A DNA stretch of 64,000 nucleotides, from positions 8,582 to 72,581 of the forward strand of contig CAJOJI010000001.1 in NCBI GenBank assembly GCA_905234715.1, in the 5' to 3' direction. The stretch's first letter is position 1. The number at the start of each line of letters is the position of its first letter. Of this stretch, positions 1 to 9,061 are shown in pieces. Below the pieces are notes generated by a model, which was not told the DNA's origin, ran no database searches, and saw nothing but the letters and a program-made list of their open reading frames with translations. Origin of the DNA: an uncultured Saccharofermentans sp. (lineage in GTDB: Bacteria > Bacillota > Clostridia > Saccharofermentanales > Saccharofermentanaceae). Made by a program: the position numbers and the translations under genes.

Positions 1-950
1 TCTTCAAGCATCTCGAGAGTTGCCGGACGCTCTGTCTGATGGTATCTTGCCTTTGCAAGACACCTTACGGTTTCTCCTGCCTGCATCCCGGGAATGCTCA
101 GGAAATTCACTTCCCTGCAAAGAAATTCATCGCACATCAGTGCATCTTCTGTTCCCAACACAACGGTGTTGTTCTTCGTATCTATCTTGGTTACAAAAGC
201 GGGATAACCGAGTGCTATGCCGAGTCCTTTTCGCTGGCCGACGGTGTACTGGTAAATACCCTTATGTTTTCCCAAAATGTTGCCTTCTTCATCGACGAAG
301 TTTCCTTCTTCGGGAATCGGCTTGTCTGTATTCTCACAGATAAAATCAGAATATCTTCCTTCGGTCACGAAACATATCTCCTGCGAATCTTCTTTGTGTG
401 CGCAAGGCAGACCTGCTTCTTCAGCAATCTTTCTGACTTCGTCTTTGGTGTATTTTCCAAGTGGCATTAATGTGCGTGCGAGCTGCTCCTGAGAGAGCTT
501 ATAGAGCATATAAGTCTGATCTTTGGCAATGTGTGCAGCCTTGCGGACAGAGTATCTTCCGTTAGGAAGTTTCTCGATAAATGCGTAGTGGCCGGTCGCA
601 ACATACTCGGCCTCGAAAATATCGGCAAGCTCCATGAGCTTGGCCCACTTAACATATCTGTTGCATTCGATGCACGGATTCGGAGTGAGACCTTCAAGAT
701 ATGCGTCGACAAAAGGTGTTACGACCTTCTGCTTAAAAAGCGACGTGCAGTTATGCGGATGGTATTTGATGCCGAGAATATCAGAGATGCGTCTTGCTTC
801 GTCGATCTCGCAGCATCTGCTGTCGCCCTCTTCTTCAGAACCCCATGTACGCAGAGTAACGCCGATGACTTCATAGCCCTGCTGCTTCAATAGTAAAGCA
901 GCAACAGCGCTGTCAACTCCGCCCGACATTCCGACAATAACTTTAGTCAC
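1..950 (-). CDS. mnmA: tRNA 2-thiouridine(34) synthase MnmA, C-terminus runs off the left edge
   Basis: Not in the ORF track because it has no stop in the window. Manual translation from GTG 950: VTKVIVGMSGGVDSAVAALLLKQQGYEVIGVTL...PNPCIECNRYVKW...ATGHYA...KDQTYML...DSQEICF...YTVGQRKGLGI, the MnmA signature motifs. Confidence 0.95.
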   Translation of the reverse strand, partial: MTKVIVGMSGGVDSAVAALLLKQQGYEVIGVTLRTWGSEEEGDSRCCEIDEARRISDILGIKYHPHNCTSLFKQKVVTPFVDAYLEGLTPNPCIECNRYVKWAKLMELADIFEAEYVATGHYAFIEKLPNGRYSVRKAAHIAKDQTYMLYKLSQEQLARTLMPLGKYTKDEVRKIAEEAGLPCAHKEDSQEICFVTEGRYSDFICENTDKPIPEEGNFVDEEGNILGKHKGIYQYTVGQRKGLGIALGYPAFVTKIDTKNNTVVLGTEDALMCDEFLCREVNFLSIPGMQAGETVRCLAKARYHQTERPATLEMLE

Positions 951-1043
951 AGGTAACACTCTTTCTTTAAAGATTTTTCGCCTGTTATACTCTCACATTT
1001 ATCGGGATTGAGCAAATTTTCCGTCTTGAAAAATGCGTGTGAT

Positions 1044-1667
1044 TCACGCCTTGCTATAGTCCAGTCTGACAAGTGCTTTTCCGTTTGGAAGATCTTTTCT
1101 GTCCTGGAAGATAAGTGAATAACCGGTATCACTCATAGCTTCAGATAAAGCATTTTCTTCCATCTGGTGATGGACTTCATCGAGTCTGTCAAAGGCATGA
1201 AGATAAGGAGAATCAGATACCCACTGGTTCTCATCAGTGTTGATCTGGATAACACATGAAACATACTTAGGATCTATCTTGCTTATTGCATTCTTGAAAG
1301 CATCGTAACCGATATATTCTATAAGGAGATTTGTTATGACAAGCTCAGCATGAGGAAGCTTATCCGCATCTTTTGTCACGTCGATGCATAAGCATTTAAG
1401 AACACCGGCAAGATCTTTATAACGCTCTGATACCACACGGAGATAATCTACATTTATGTCTACGCCGTAGACGGTCTCATATTTATCCGGGCTTACGTGT
1501 TCCAAGCCGTTTCCGCCTGCGATACCGAGTACCATTGCAGTGGAAACAGGATATGCTTCAAACTGTTCCTTCATCAAAGAATTCATTGTCTGAAGCTGCA
1601 TTACGGAATCAAGTTTCATGTGATTCTCGTAGTCTTCGAGTTTAATTTCTTCCCATGGATTATTCAT
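1044..1667 (-). CDS. Class I SAM-dependent methyltransferase
   Basis: VLGIAGGNGL glycine-rich motif followed by VYGVDIN acidic motif. Confidence 0.75.
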   Translation of the reverse strand: MNNPWEEIKLEDYENHMKLDSVMQLQTMNSLMKEQFEAYPVSTAMVLGIAGGNGLEHVSPDKYETVYGVDINVDYLRVVSERYKDLAGVLKCLCIDVTKDADKLPHAELVITNLLIEYIGYDAFKNAISKIDPKYVSCVIQINTDENQWVSDSPYLHAFDRLDEVHHQMEENALSEAMSDTGYSLIFQDRKDLPNGKALVRLDYSKA

Positions 1668-1676
1668 AAGTCTAAA

Positions 1677-2354
1677 TCAGAAAGTAATTCCCTTAAGCCA
1701 TTCCCTGATCTCGTCTTCGGTTGCATCACCTGCAAATCTCTGACCTTCGATCCATCTTCCGCTGCCTGCATTTGCAGCAAGGTTGGTTGCACTGTCTCCG
1801 ATGCCGCTGCTGCCTGATGTGCAGAAAGGAATGACGACTGCATCGCCGAAATCGTAAGTCTCTACAAATGTATCCATTATCCTCGGAGCCTGTGAGAACC
1901 AGATGGGATAACCGATGAAGATCACTTTATATCCTTCAAGAGAGATAGGCTCGCTGCTTATCTGCGGTCTATACGAAGGATCGTTCTGTTCTATGGAACA
2001 TCTGCTGTTTGAATCTGTCCAGTCGCAGTCAGCTTCCGTATAAGGTTCGAAAGGAAGTATCTCATAGAAATCAGACTGGGTCATGGAGGCGATCTGTTCG
2101 GCAACTGCTTTTGTATTTCCAGTGCATGAGAAAACAACTACGAGCGTTTCTGAATGTGCCTGATAAGCAATGGTTGTTTCAGAAGATTCTTCTGTTGTCT
2201 CTTCAGATGAAGACTCTGAATCAGACATTTTCTCTTCAGAAGGAACATTTCCTCCCGCAGCATATTCTTCTGCCGGAACTTCTGCAGTTGCACATGAAGA
2301 TAAGGCAACACACAATACGAGTGAACAGACGATCAGTACCAGACGCTTAAACAT
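1677..2354 (-). CDS. Flavodoxin-domain lipoprotein
   Basis: Lipobox LSSC, S/E/T-rich linker, then VFSCTGNT, IFIGYPIWFSQAP and PFCTSGSSG flavodoxin motifs. Start moved to ATG 2354. Confidence 0.8.
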   Translation of the reverse strand: MFKRLVLIVCSLVLCVALSSCATAEVPAEEYAAGGNVPSEEKMSDSESSSEETTEESSETTIAYQAHSETLVVVFSCTGNTKAVAEQIASMTQSDFYEILPFEPYTEADCDWTDSNSRCSIEQNDPSYRPQISSEPISLEGYKVIFIGYPIWFSQAPRIMDTFVETYDFGDAVVIPFCTSGSSGIGDSATNLAANAGSGRWIEGQRFAGDATEDEIREWLKGITF

Positions 2355-2401
2355 AATTACCCCCAAAAACGCGCTGGATTTATTATAACGGCTCGCTCAC
2401 A

Positions 2402-2442
2402 AAAATATAAGACGAAATCGCTCAAAACAGGCGGTTTCGTCT
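2402..2442 (-). terminator. Intrinsic terminator ending the metQ-ADH-AhpD unit
   Basis: 12-bp stem 2410-2421/2431-2442 with one mismatch, followed on the minus strand by TATATTTTT. Confidence 0.6.
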
Positions 2443-2519
2443 AAATATTTAGGTTTCTGAATCTCCTAAAAACAATTTAAGTTTTTGTCAGATTTTCGAT
2501 AACGAATTGTCGTAGTTTA

Positions 2520-3074
2520 TTACTTGATGTTTTCTCTCCATGTTGCAGGCTTGAATTCGTCTATCAACGGGAGGAGTCTCTTATCAACGTCGATCTTGAA
2601 TACTGCATTGAAGTTGTTTGTTGCGATCATCTGACCTGCAAATCCTACGATGACAACGAGTTCCTGATCGTTAAAGAATTTTCTGAGTTTGTCGAAGAGC
2701 TCATCAGATACTGCAGTAGGATTCTTAACATATTGTTCAGCGAGTTCTGTGAGAACTGTTTCCTTCTCATCGTAAACGAGGTTAGCGGGATCCAAACCCA
2801 AACCCTTTACGTCACTGATGAAGAAGAGTGAGCAGAGCTGGCATGAGTTTGTTGTAGAGATCTTGTGAGCGTAGAGGATCGCATCCTTTTCGCCGATTAC
2901 TTCAACGAGTCTCTTCCAGGATGTGTACCAAGCCATGTATGCATCGTATGTTGCTGCATCGTTAAGAAGTCCCTTCTTCATGTTGGTAACTGCGTTTCTT
3001 CCTGCGAGCTCGTCATAGCGCTCCTTCTCTGCGCCTGTTGCTTCGTTCTGTTCTACCAATTTGATTCTTGCCAT
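2520..3074 (-). CDS. Carboxymuconolactone decarboxylase / AhpD-like protein with CxxC
   Basis: STTNSCQLC resembles the AhpD NxCxxC motif. The C-terminal half resembles CMD helical repeats. Start moved to ATG 3074 (RBS GGAG). Confidence 0.65.
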   Translation of the reverse strand: MARIKLVEQNEATGAEKERYDELAGRNAVTNMKKGLLNDAATYDAYMAWYTSWKRLVEVIGEKDAILYAHKISTTNSCQLCSLFFISDVKGLGLDPANLVYDEKETVLTELAEQYVKNPTAVSDELFDKLRKFFNDQELVVIVGFAGQMIATNNFNAVFKIDVDKRLLPLIDEFKPATWRENIK

Positions 3075-3115
3075 TTTTAGTAATCTCCTTTTTTGCAATT
3101 TAGTCCCGGTATTTT

Positions 3116-4276
3116 TTAAAGTGCGATCTTTAAGATCTCTACTATCTTTTGTGAGTCGAGCGGTTCATAGTGTCCTACGCTGCCGCCCTTTGTTGCGCGC
3201 TGTGCCATAACCTCAAAGTCCTTGTCAGTTATTCCGAGTTCGGACAGATGTGTCTTAAGTCCCAGTTTCTTAAAGAACTTCTCGAGTTCTTCCGATAACA
3301 GAAGCGCGCGTTCTTTTTCTGAATAGTCGTACGGATCCTTGCCGTAGACTCTGCTTGCGAGAAGTGCAAGTCTCCAGGGCTTGATGTCAGCAATGTACTT
3401 AGTCCAAGCTGTGAAGACGATAGCCATTCCTTCTCCGTGTGTGATGTTGTACTGTGCAGAGAGTTCATGCTCGATACGGTGTGATCCCCAGTCTGCCGAT
3501 CTTCCGGCATCAAGGAAATTATTGTGTGCTACTGATGCGAGCCACTGTATCTCTGCTCTTGCGTTGATGTTCGTAGGGTCTTCGATAAGTCTGTCTGCAT
3601 TGACGAGCAATGCTCTTACGGCGCCTTCGATAAGGTAGTCTGTCGTATCTGAATTCTTCTCATCAGAGAAATATCTTTCGAGAAGGTGTGACAACACGTC
3701 TGCGATTCCCACGAAGGTCTGATACGAAGGAAGGTTTACCGTGTACCTGGGGTTCATGATCGCGAACTTTGGGATAATGCGGTCATCTTCAAAACCTTTC
3801 TTCCACTCACCGTATGATAGGATCGCGCAGTTGGACGTCTCGGAACCGCTCGATGCCGTTGTCGCGATGACTCCGATGTTAAGAACGTGTTCGGGAGTAA
3901 CACCTTTATCGAAGAAATCCCAGACATCGCCATCGTACGGTATACCGAGAGCTATCGCTTTGGCGGTGTCGATGGAGCTGCCACCACCGACTGCGAGAAC
4001 GAAGTCAACTTTATCTTCCTTGCCCTTTGCGACAAGCTTTCTGACAAGCTCGATGGACGGATTTGGTACTACTTCACCACTCTCCGAGAACTTGATCCCG
4101 AGTTCCTTTACTGCGTCAGTGATGACGTCGTAAATACCCAGTGTTTTGATGAAGTCTCCGCTGTATACCAATAGGAGTGAACTGACTTTATGTTGCGATA
4201 AAAGAGACTTCAATTTCTTTTCGCTGTCCTCGCCGAAAACTATTTTCGCGGGGTTGTAATACTCAAATCCGATCAT
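3116..4276 (-). CDS. Iron-containing (group III) alcohol dehydrogenase, BdhA/YqhD-like
   Basis: VPNPS, AVGGGSSIDTAKAIA, TTASSGSE, and metal-binding H/D residues (DVLSH, SHRIEHELS, ITHGEG). Confidence 0.9.
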   Translation of the reverse strand: MIGFEYYNPAKIVFGEDSEKKLKSLLSQHKVSSLLLVYSGDFIKTLGIYDVITDAVKELGIKFSESGEVVPNPSIELVRKLVAKGKEDKVDFVLAVGGGSSIDTAKAIALGIPYDGDVWDFFDKGVTPEHVLNIGVIATTASSGSETSNCAILSYGEWKKGFEDDRIIPKFAIMNPRYTVNLPSYQTFVGIADVLSHLLERYFSDEKNSDTTDYLIEGAVRALLVNADRLIEDPTNINARAEIQWLASVAHNNFLDAGRSADWGSHRIEHELSAQYNITHGEGMAIVFTAWTKYIADIKPWRLALLASRVYGKDPYDYSEKERALLLSEELEKFFKKLGLKTHLSELGITDKDFEVMAQRATKGGSVGHYEPLDSQKIVEILKIAL

Positions 4277-4299
4277 CGTGCTTTTCTCCTGTTTATCTA

Positions 4300-5181
4300 T
4301 TAACCGAAGAGAGGTACTACTGCACCGTCGTATGTATCTTCGATGAACTTTGCAACTTCAGGTCCCTGAAGAACTTCTATGAGAGCCTTTACTGCAGGAT
4401 CGTTTGCCTTATCAGGTGATGTTGCAATGATGTTTCCGTATGTCTGTGCTGCAAGACCGTCGTTAGCTTCAACAGCAAGTGCCTGGCTTACGTGGAGGCC
4501 GCCTTCGATCGCATAGTTACCGTTAATGACTGCTACATCTACATCAGGGAGTGCTGCAACGAGCTGCTCAGGTGCAAGTTCCTTGAACTGAATGTTAAGA
4601 GGATTCTCTACGATGTCTTCTACCGTTGCATTGATTCCTGCATCGTCCTTAAGCTTGATGATGCCTTCCTGTGCGAGGAGGAGAAGTGCTCTTGCTTCGT
4701 TTGTTACATTGTTGGGAACTGCGATCACTGCGCCATCCTGGAGGTCCTTAAGATCTTTTACTCTGCCTGCATAGATGCCGAAAGGTTCATAGTGGACTGC
4801 GCCAACTGAAACAAGATCTGAACCGTTTTCTTTATTGAACTGTTCGAGGTAAGGAACGTGCTGGAAATAGTTTGCGTCAAGTGAGCCTTCGATAACGCCT
4901 GTGTTAGGTGTAACGGAATCTTCAAGTCTTACGATCTCGAGAGTGATTCCCTGCTCTGCGAGGATCGGCTTTGCAACTTCCAAGATCTCTGCGTGAGGTG
5001 TGATGTTTGCGCCTACCTTAAGTACTACATTAGCCTGTGCATCAGCCTGAGCTTCTGTCTGCGTATCGCTGCCTACATTTGTATTAACCTGTGTGGGCGC
5101 TGCTTTTCCGCATGCTGCGAATGATCCTGTGATTGCGAATAAAAGTCCTGCGGCAATAGCCTTCTTAATTATGTTTTTCAT
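4300..5181 (-). CDS. metQ: Methionine ABC transporter substrate-binding lipoprotein MetQ/NlpA
   Basis: Lipobox FAAC, PHAEILE, DANYFQHVPYL, AVPNNVTNEARALLLL, AVINGNYA. Confidence 0.92.
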   Translation of the reverse strand: MKNIIKKAIAAGLLFAITGSFAACGKAAPTQVNTNVGSDTQTEAQADAQANVVLKVGANITPHAEILEVAKPILAEQGITLEIVRLEDSVTPNTGVIEGSLDANYFQHVPYLEQFNKENGSDLVSVGAVHYEPFGIYAGRVKDLKDLQDGAVIAVPNNVTNEARALLLLAQEGIIKLKDDAGINATVEDIVENPLNIQFKELAPEQLVAALPDVDVAVINGNYAIEGGLHVSQALAVEANDGLAAQTYGNIIATSPDKANDPAVKALIEVLQGPEVAKFIEDTYDGAVVPLFG

Positions 5182-5246
5182 TTTGGTAATCTCCTTTAGA
5201 TGTGTTTTGTTTAGCTTTTCGCTTTAAGAATGATTTGTTTTGGCAT

Positions 5247-5280
5247 AAAAATGCCCGGTGAGTGATTTATCTCCCGGGCG
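5247..5280 (-). terminator. Attenuator terminator upstream of metQ
   Basis: mRNA GCCCGG-GAG...CUC-A-CCGGGC followed by AUUUUU. It lies between the leader stop and the metQ RBS. Confidence 0.8.
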
Positions 5281-5311
5281 CATGGCATATGTTCAAATGC
5301 AATTTACTGCT

Positions 5312-5437
5312 TTAACATCGATCGTTCTCAAGGCGTGAGGAATGTCTTCTTCCGCCCTGGGCCATATAGCGCACCCGGGAGCCGAGCATTCGACAACACA
5401 TCATCATGTTAGCTGTTGTATTAGTTGTTCTATACAT
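5312..5437 (-). CDS. Leader peptide A, 41 aa: MYRTTNTTANMMMCCRMLGSRVRYMAQGGRRHSSRLENDRC
   Basis: AAAGGAGG RBS 8 nt before ATG 5437, an MMMCCRM codon cluster, and a downstream terminator. Too short for the ORF track. Confidence 0.85.
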   Translation of the reverse strand: MYRTTNTTANMMMCCRMLGSRVRYMAQGGRRHSSRLENDRC

Positions 5438-5468
5438 TTCTCACTCCTCCTTTCGTTGTGATGGCGAT

Positions 5469-5503
5469 ACTTTACTACTCATAACCTACCATGTCAATAG
5501 GTT
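5469..5503 (-). promoter_or_regulatory. Sigma-A promoter (TTGACA-17-TAAAGT) with AACCTA-N9-TAGGTT operator
   Basis: -35 at 5492-5497, -10 at 5469-5474, perfect palindrome arms at 5483-5488 and 5498-5503. Confidence 0.75.
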
Positions 5504-5558
5504 TATTGAAATTTTTTTTCGCTTTCTTGAAAATTCCTGTTTTACTTGCTTTCGCGTA

Positions 5559-6122
5559 TTAAGAGATAACTGTCTTCTGCTTATTCTTATTTACTTCACT
5601 ATGCTGTGACAGCTGATACTTATCGAAAAGTTTTACGTACATAAGCGGTACTGCTCCGACGATCGCAGCACTTGCCTGGATACCGTTGGGAATAACCGAA
5701 CCCAATGCCGCTTCAACACCATACATAAACGGCAGTGATTCAAATGCAAAATAACCGGCGATCATGATGAGTTCGGCAATGAAAGATGCTGACAGTTTTC
5801 TTCCGAGGGAAACTTTTCCCTGAGCATTTCTCTTAAGCAGCAAACCTGCAATAAGGCCCATCACACCTTTGATGAGAAATGTAGCAACTGCATACTGCGG
5901 ATAACCGGCAAGAAGGTCTGCAAGTGTCGATCCGATCGCTGCGGGAACGAATGCAAAAGGTCCCATTATGTATGAAGTTACCAGTATCATAAGGTCACCT
6001 AAATTGATGTGTCCGATCGCTGTCGGAATGTGAAGTTCAGTGCCTACAAATATCAAGGCTGCGAGCACACCTGCGTATGCGATCTTCTTTAAATTGTTTC
6101 TGTTCTTGTCTTTACTGCTCAT
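5559..6122 (-). CDS. ECF transporter S component (HmpT/PdxU-like sequence family)
   Basis: About six hydrophobic helices, with AxxxA-type first helix, INLGD, GSTLADLLAGY and TFLIKG motifs. Confidence 0.85.
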   Translation of the reverse strand: MSSKDKNRNNLKKIAYAGVLAALIFVGTELHIPTAIGHINLGDLMILVTSYIMGPFAFVPAAIGSTLADLLAGYPQYAVATFLIKGVMGLIAGLLLKRNAQGKVSLGRKLSASFIAELIMIAGYFAFESLPFMYGVEAALGSVIPNGIQASAAIVGAVPLMYVKLFDKYQLSQHSEVNKNKQKTVIS

Positions 6123-6152
6123 GTTTTAATTCTCCTTTAACAATTATTTTTA

Positions 6153-6191
6153 CAAAAACAAAAACGGGAATTCTTTTTTAAGAACTCCCGT
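6153..6191 (-). terminator. Attenuator terminator upstream of the ECF S-component gene
   Basis: mRNA ACGGGAGUUCUU-AAAA-AAGAAUUCCCGU (12 bp, one G:U) followed by UUUUGUUUUUG. Confidence 0.85.
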
Positions 6192-6232
6192 ACAGTAACC
6201 ATTTTGCTTTGCGATCTTTATGTCATGGGTAA

Positions 6233-6310
6233 TCAGATCACTCCGGTCATATGCGGGAGGGTGACTAAAGCAGGGCACATGCAGATCATAGTGGCCTGAA
6301 TGCTTTTCAT
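6233..6310 (-). CDS. Leader peptide C, 25 aa: MKSIQATMICMCPALVTLPHMTGVI
   Basis: GGAGGAGGT RBS 7 nt before ATG 6310, an MICMC codon cluster, and a downstream terminator. Confidence 0.75.
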   Translation of the reverse strand: MKSIQATMICMCPALVTLPHMTGVI

Positions 6311-6339
6311 TGTCTTACCTCCTCCGATATGATGCGATA

Positions 6340-6374
6340 AAGTTAACATGTATTACCTATCGTGTCAATGGGTT
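6340..6374 (-). promoter_or_regulatory. Sigma-A promoter (TTGACA-17-TAACTT) with AACCCA-N9-TAGGTA operator variant
   Basis: -35 at 6363-6368, -10 at 6340-6345, palindrome variant at 6354-6374 in the same register as the other three sites. Confidence 0.7.
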
Positions 6375-6477
6375 TATTCTCAAGAATTCAAACATCAAGC
6401 ATAATTTAGTATGTCTTCATAAATATTGTTTTTTGCTATAATCTATCTCGATTTCGGGAAAGAAAAGGAATAACCAT

Positions 6478-7164
6478 ATGAAGAGATTAAAGATAGTATC
6501 AGTAATACTTACGGCATCTGTCCTCGCAGGAATCACGTCCTGCTCATCTGAACCTGCCGGAACAACTTCCTCTTCAATGGAACCTACAACTACGGCAGAA
6601 GTTGAAACAGAAGCAACAACGGCCGAACCTGAGATCACGGAAACCACACGCATCGATCCGCAGTCGACCGAACCTTTATGCCATATCTATTTTGAAGAAT
6701 ACGATTCTTTCGAAGTAACATCGACGGATCTTGTTGACGGCGTATGGGCAGACATAACATCCAACACATTCTTAGGCGAGAACCTTTCACCTCAGCTTTC
6801 ATGGGAGCCTGTCGAAGGCGCTGAAGAATACGTCATCTATATGGTCGACAGAAATTCAAACGGTTTTCTTCAGTGGAAATCTGCAGGAATCAAAACGACT
6901 GAACTCCCTCAGGGATGGACATCCAATCTTACCGAATATAACGGACCGCATCTCGGACACGGATATACACACATTTACGATATTTATGTAATAGCTTTAA
7001 GAGCACCGACGACAAGACTTAAAGGTGCATTAAACGCTGCCAATCCGAGACTTGAAGAATTCTTTGAAGAGATCGATACAGACACCGAAGGCAATACGGG
7101 AAACATCATTGCCTACGGAACAATATCCGGCATATTCACAGACGCAAGATACAGAAATATCTGA
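6478..7164 (+). CDS. YbhB/YbcL (PEBP/Raf kinase inhibitor-like) lipoprotein
   Basis: Lipobox ITSC, T/E-rich linker, GENLSPQLSW...YVIYMVD...YNGP..HGYTHIY.IYVIAL. Confidence 0.7.
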   Translation: MKRLKIVSVILTASVLAGITSCSSEPAGTTSSSMEPTTTAEVETEATTAEPEITETTRIDPQSTEPLCHIYFEEYDSFEVTSTDLVDGVWADITSNTFLGENLSPQLSWEPVEGAEEYVIYMVDRNSNGFLQWKSAGIKTTELPQGWTSNLTEYNGPHLGHGYTHIYDIYVIALRAPTTRLKGALNAANPRLEEFFEEIDTDTEGNTGNIIAYGTISGIFTDARYRNI

Positions 7165-7680
7165 TCAGGTTTTATTGTTCTGAATTTTTTTCGACTTGAT
7201 GATGAAGGTAATTACCGTCACCATGAAGAATGCAAAATAGACCATCATCACGGGTGATACAAGAAGACTCGTAACCATCGATAGAATATCGATGTTAAGT
7301 GAAGCATCCCGGCCGAAGATAAGTTTGTCGCCGCCGGCTACATAATAGATAAAACCAACCGAAATAGAAGCAAAGTAGTAAATTATCAGAGCAATTCCCG
7401 CACCTGTTTTGGTCTTCATTTTCTCACTCGATACCACGATTATGGTGGCAATAAGAAGGAGCACCCCAGAAAAAACAGTCGCAAACATATAGACAGGTAC
7501 AATAGTCTTGGGACTATAGCCTGAAGTTATCAGGGATGAATACTGCGGATTTCCCAGAATGAACTTACCGAACTGCCTGATAATTCCCTTCTGGCATAAG
7601 GTGCAGATGACTATTATCAGAAGCGAGACCAGTACAGGTATTGCCATTCCAATGATCTTTTTCTTATATGTCTTATCCAT
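7165..7680 (-). CDS. Hypothetical membrane protein
   Basis: 171-aa ORF with about four hydrophobic segments and an RBS. Confidence 0.6.
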   Translation of the reverse strand: MDKTYKKKIIGMAIPVLVSLLIIVICTLCQKGIIRQFGKFILGNPQYSSLITSGYSPKTIVPVYMFATVFSGVLLLIATIIVVSSEKMKTKTGAGIALIIYYFASISVGFIYYVAGGDKLIFGRDASLNIDILSMVTSLLVSPVMMVYFAFFMVTVITFIIKSKKIQNNKT

Positions 7681-7715
7681 AGCGTGATTCCTCTTAGTTT
7701 TGCTTCGGTACTATA

Positions 7716-8252
7716 TCACTTATTTTCAGCGTCTCTGAAAACCCTTGAACCGGTAGCGCCTCTTTGTCCCTGATACTTACCGTCGTAAGGATTGATAGCG
7801 TGATCATCCATCTCGGCGAAAACGAGCTGGCCTACTCTTCTTCCCGCCTTAAGCTCAATTGCGCATCTATTTGCATTATAAAGTTCAAGCGTGATCTCGC
7901 CCTTGAAGCCCGGATCTACCCATCCGGCATTCTGAATGAAAAGTCCCATTCTTCCGAGTGAGCTTCTTCCTTCAACAAATGCAGTCAGATTATCGGGGAG
8001 CTCGAAATATTCCATCGTGGTTGCGAGGACAAACTGTCCCGGCATTATGAGATATGTATCTGTCGTGATGGTCTTGTACTTGATCTCATTTTCTAATGTG
8101 ATGACGCTTGAAGGCGTATCATCAACAACGCTGAATGTGCGTCCCAAACGGATATCAACACTTGCAGGCTGGATCTGTTCCTTTGTAACAGGATCGATCA
8201 CAAGTGTTTTTTCTTCAAGCATCTTAAGTATTGTTCTGTCAGATAAGATCAT
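7716..8252 (-). CDS. dcd: dCTP deaminase
   Basis: [51 protein letters not shown]. Confidence 0.93.
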   Translation of the reverse strand: MILSDRTILKMLEEKTLVIDPVTKEQIQPASVDIRLGRTFSVVDDTPSSVITLENEIKYKTITTDTYLIMPGQFVLATTMEYFELPDNLTAFVEGRSSLGRMGLFIQNAGWVDPGFKGEITLELYNANRCAIELKAGRRVGQLVFAEMDDHAINPYDGKYQGQRGATGSRVFRDAENK

Positions 8253-9061
8253 ATTTCGCCCTCACGATTCTTATTTAAATTACTTGCAGGAGTATAACAT
8301 ATAACGCTGTTCTCACTGCTGTATTTCTTTCCTTCCAAGAGGCTGAAAGCGTGCTGCTTTCCGACGCCTCCAAACCATTCGTACGGTTTATCCTCAGCGG
8401 TCTTGCCTTCGCATATCTCCCGGATTCCGTTGCGCATGCATCTGATAAGAGATATATCATCAAAATCCTGTGCATGACCGTGAAGGATGCGGTCAGCCCT
8501 GTCTTCAAGGAACATTATCCTGTCCAGAGCTTTTACGTATTCAGGCAGCGGCGAGCAGCCGTCAAGCTGCATCCAAAGATGGTGATTTATCGCATCACCC
8601 GTAAAGAGGATCCTGTCTTCTCTCAAAAGCAGTACGATGCTTCCGGGTGTATGTCCGGGCAGCTCGAAAACTTCCAATGTCTTTCCTCCGATATCGATTA
8701 CATCGCCTTCATTTATTGCTTTAAAAGGCGGCATCTTCAGACCGTATTTTTCGGTTTCTGTTATGAATTCAGGAAGCTTTGTGAACGATTCAGCAAGTTC
8801 AAAATCCTTGGGATCGAGATACGCCTCATCAAAATAAAGATTGCCGAAAATGTGATCCGGATGTCCGTGCGTGTTTACGACAACGATAGGCTTGTCAGTA
8901 ACTTTCCTTACTGCTTTTTTAAGGTCGTTTAAACCGTTCATCGTGTCGATGACACAGACCTTTTCTTCGCCTATAACAAAATAACCTGAAGCCATGTGTC
9001 CTTCATCCATCAAATAGATATCGGGTGTTAATTGCTTAACAAACAACTCAAGTTTTTCCAT
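8249..9061 (-). CDS. MBL-fold metallo-hydrolase
   Basis: [16 protein letters not shown] and LFTGD motifs. Confidence 0.88.
   Translation of the reverse strand: MEKLELFVKQLTPDIYLMDEGHMASGYFVIGEEKVCVIDTMNGLNDLKKAVRKVTDKPIVVVNTHGHPDHIFGNLYFDEAYLDPKDFELAESFTKLPEFITETEKYGLKMPPFKAINEGDVIDIGGKTLEVFELPGHTPGSIVLLLREDRILFTGDAINHHLWMQLDGCSPLPEYVKALDRIMFLEDRADRILHGHAQDFDDISLIRCMRNGIREICEGKTAEDKPYEWFGGVGKQHAFSLLEGKKYSSENSVICYTPASNLNKNREGEI

Noticed and set aside
20-893. ORF-track entries 20-343, 39-470, 277-492, 467-712, 531-893 and 634-876
   Set aside because: Antisense or off-frame shadows of mnmA, which the track omitted.
5190-5470. T-box or SAM-I riboswitch upstream of metQ (also checked at 6125-6340 and 18915-19140)
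   Set aside because: No GGTGG-type T-box antiterminator motif and no SAM-I core on the transcript strand. The space is fully explained by RBS, sORF and terminator. Visual check only.
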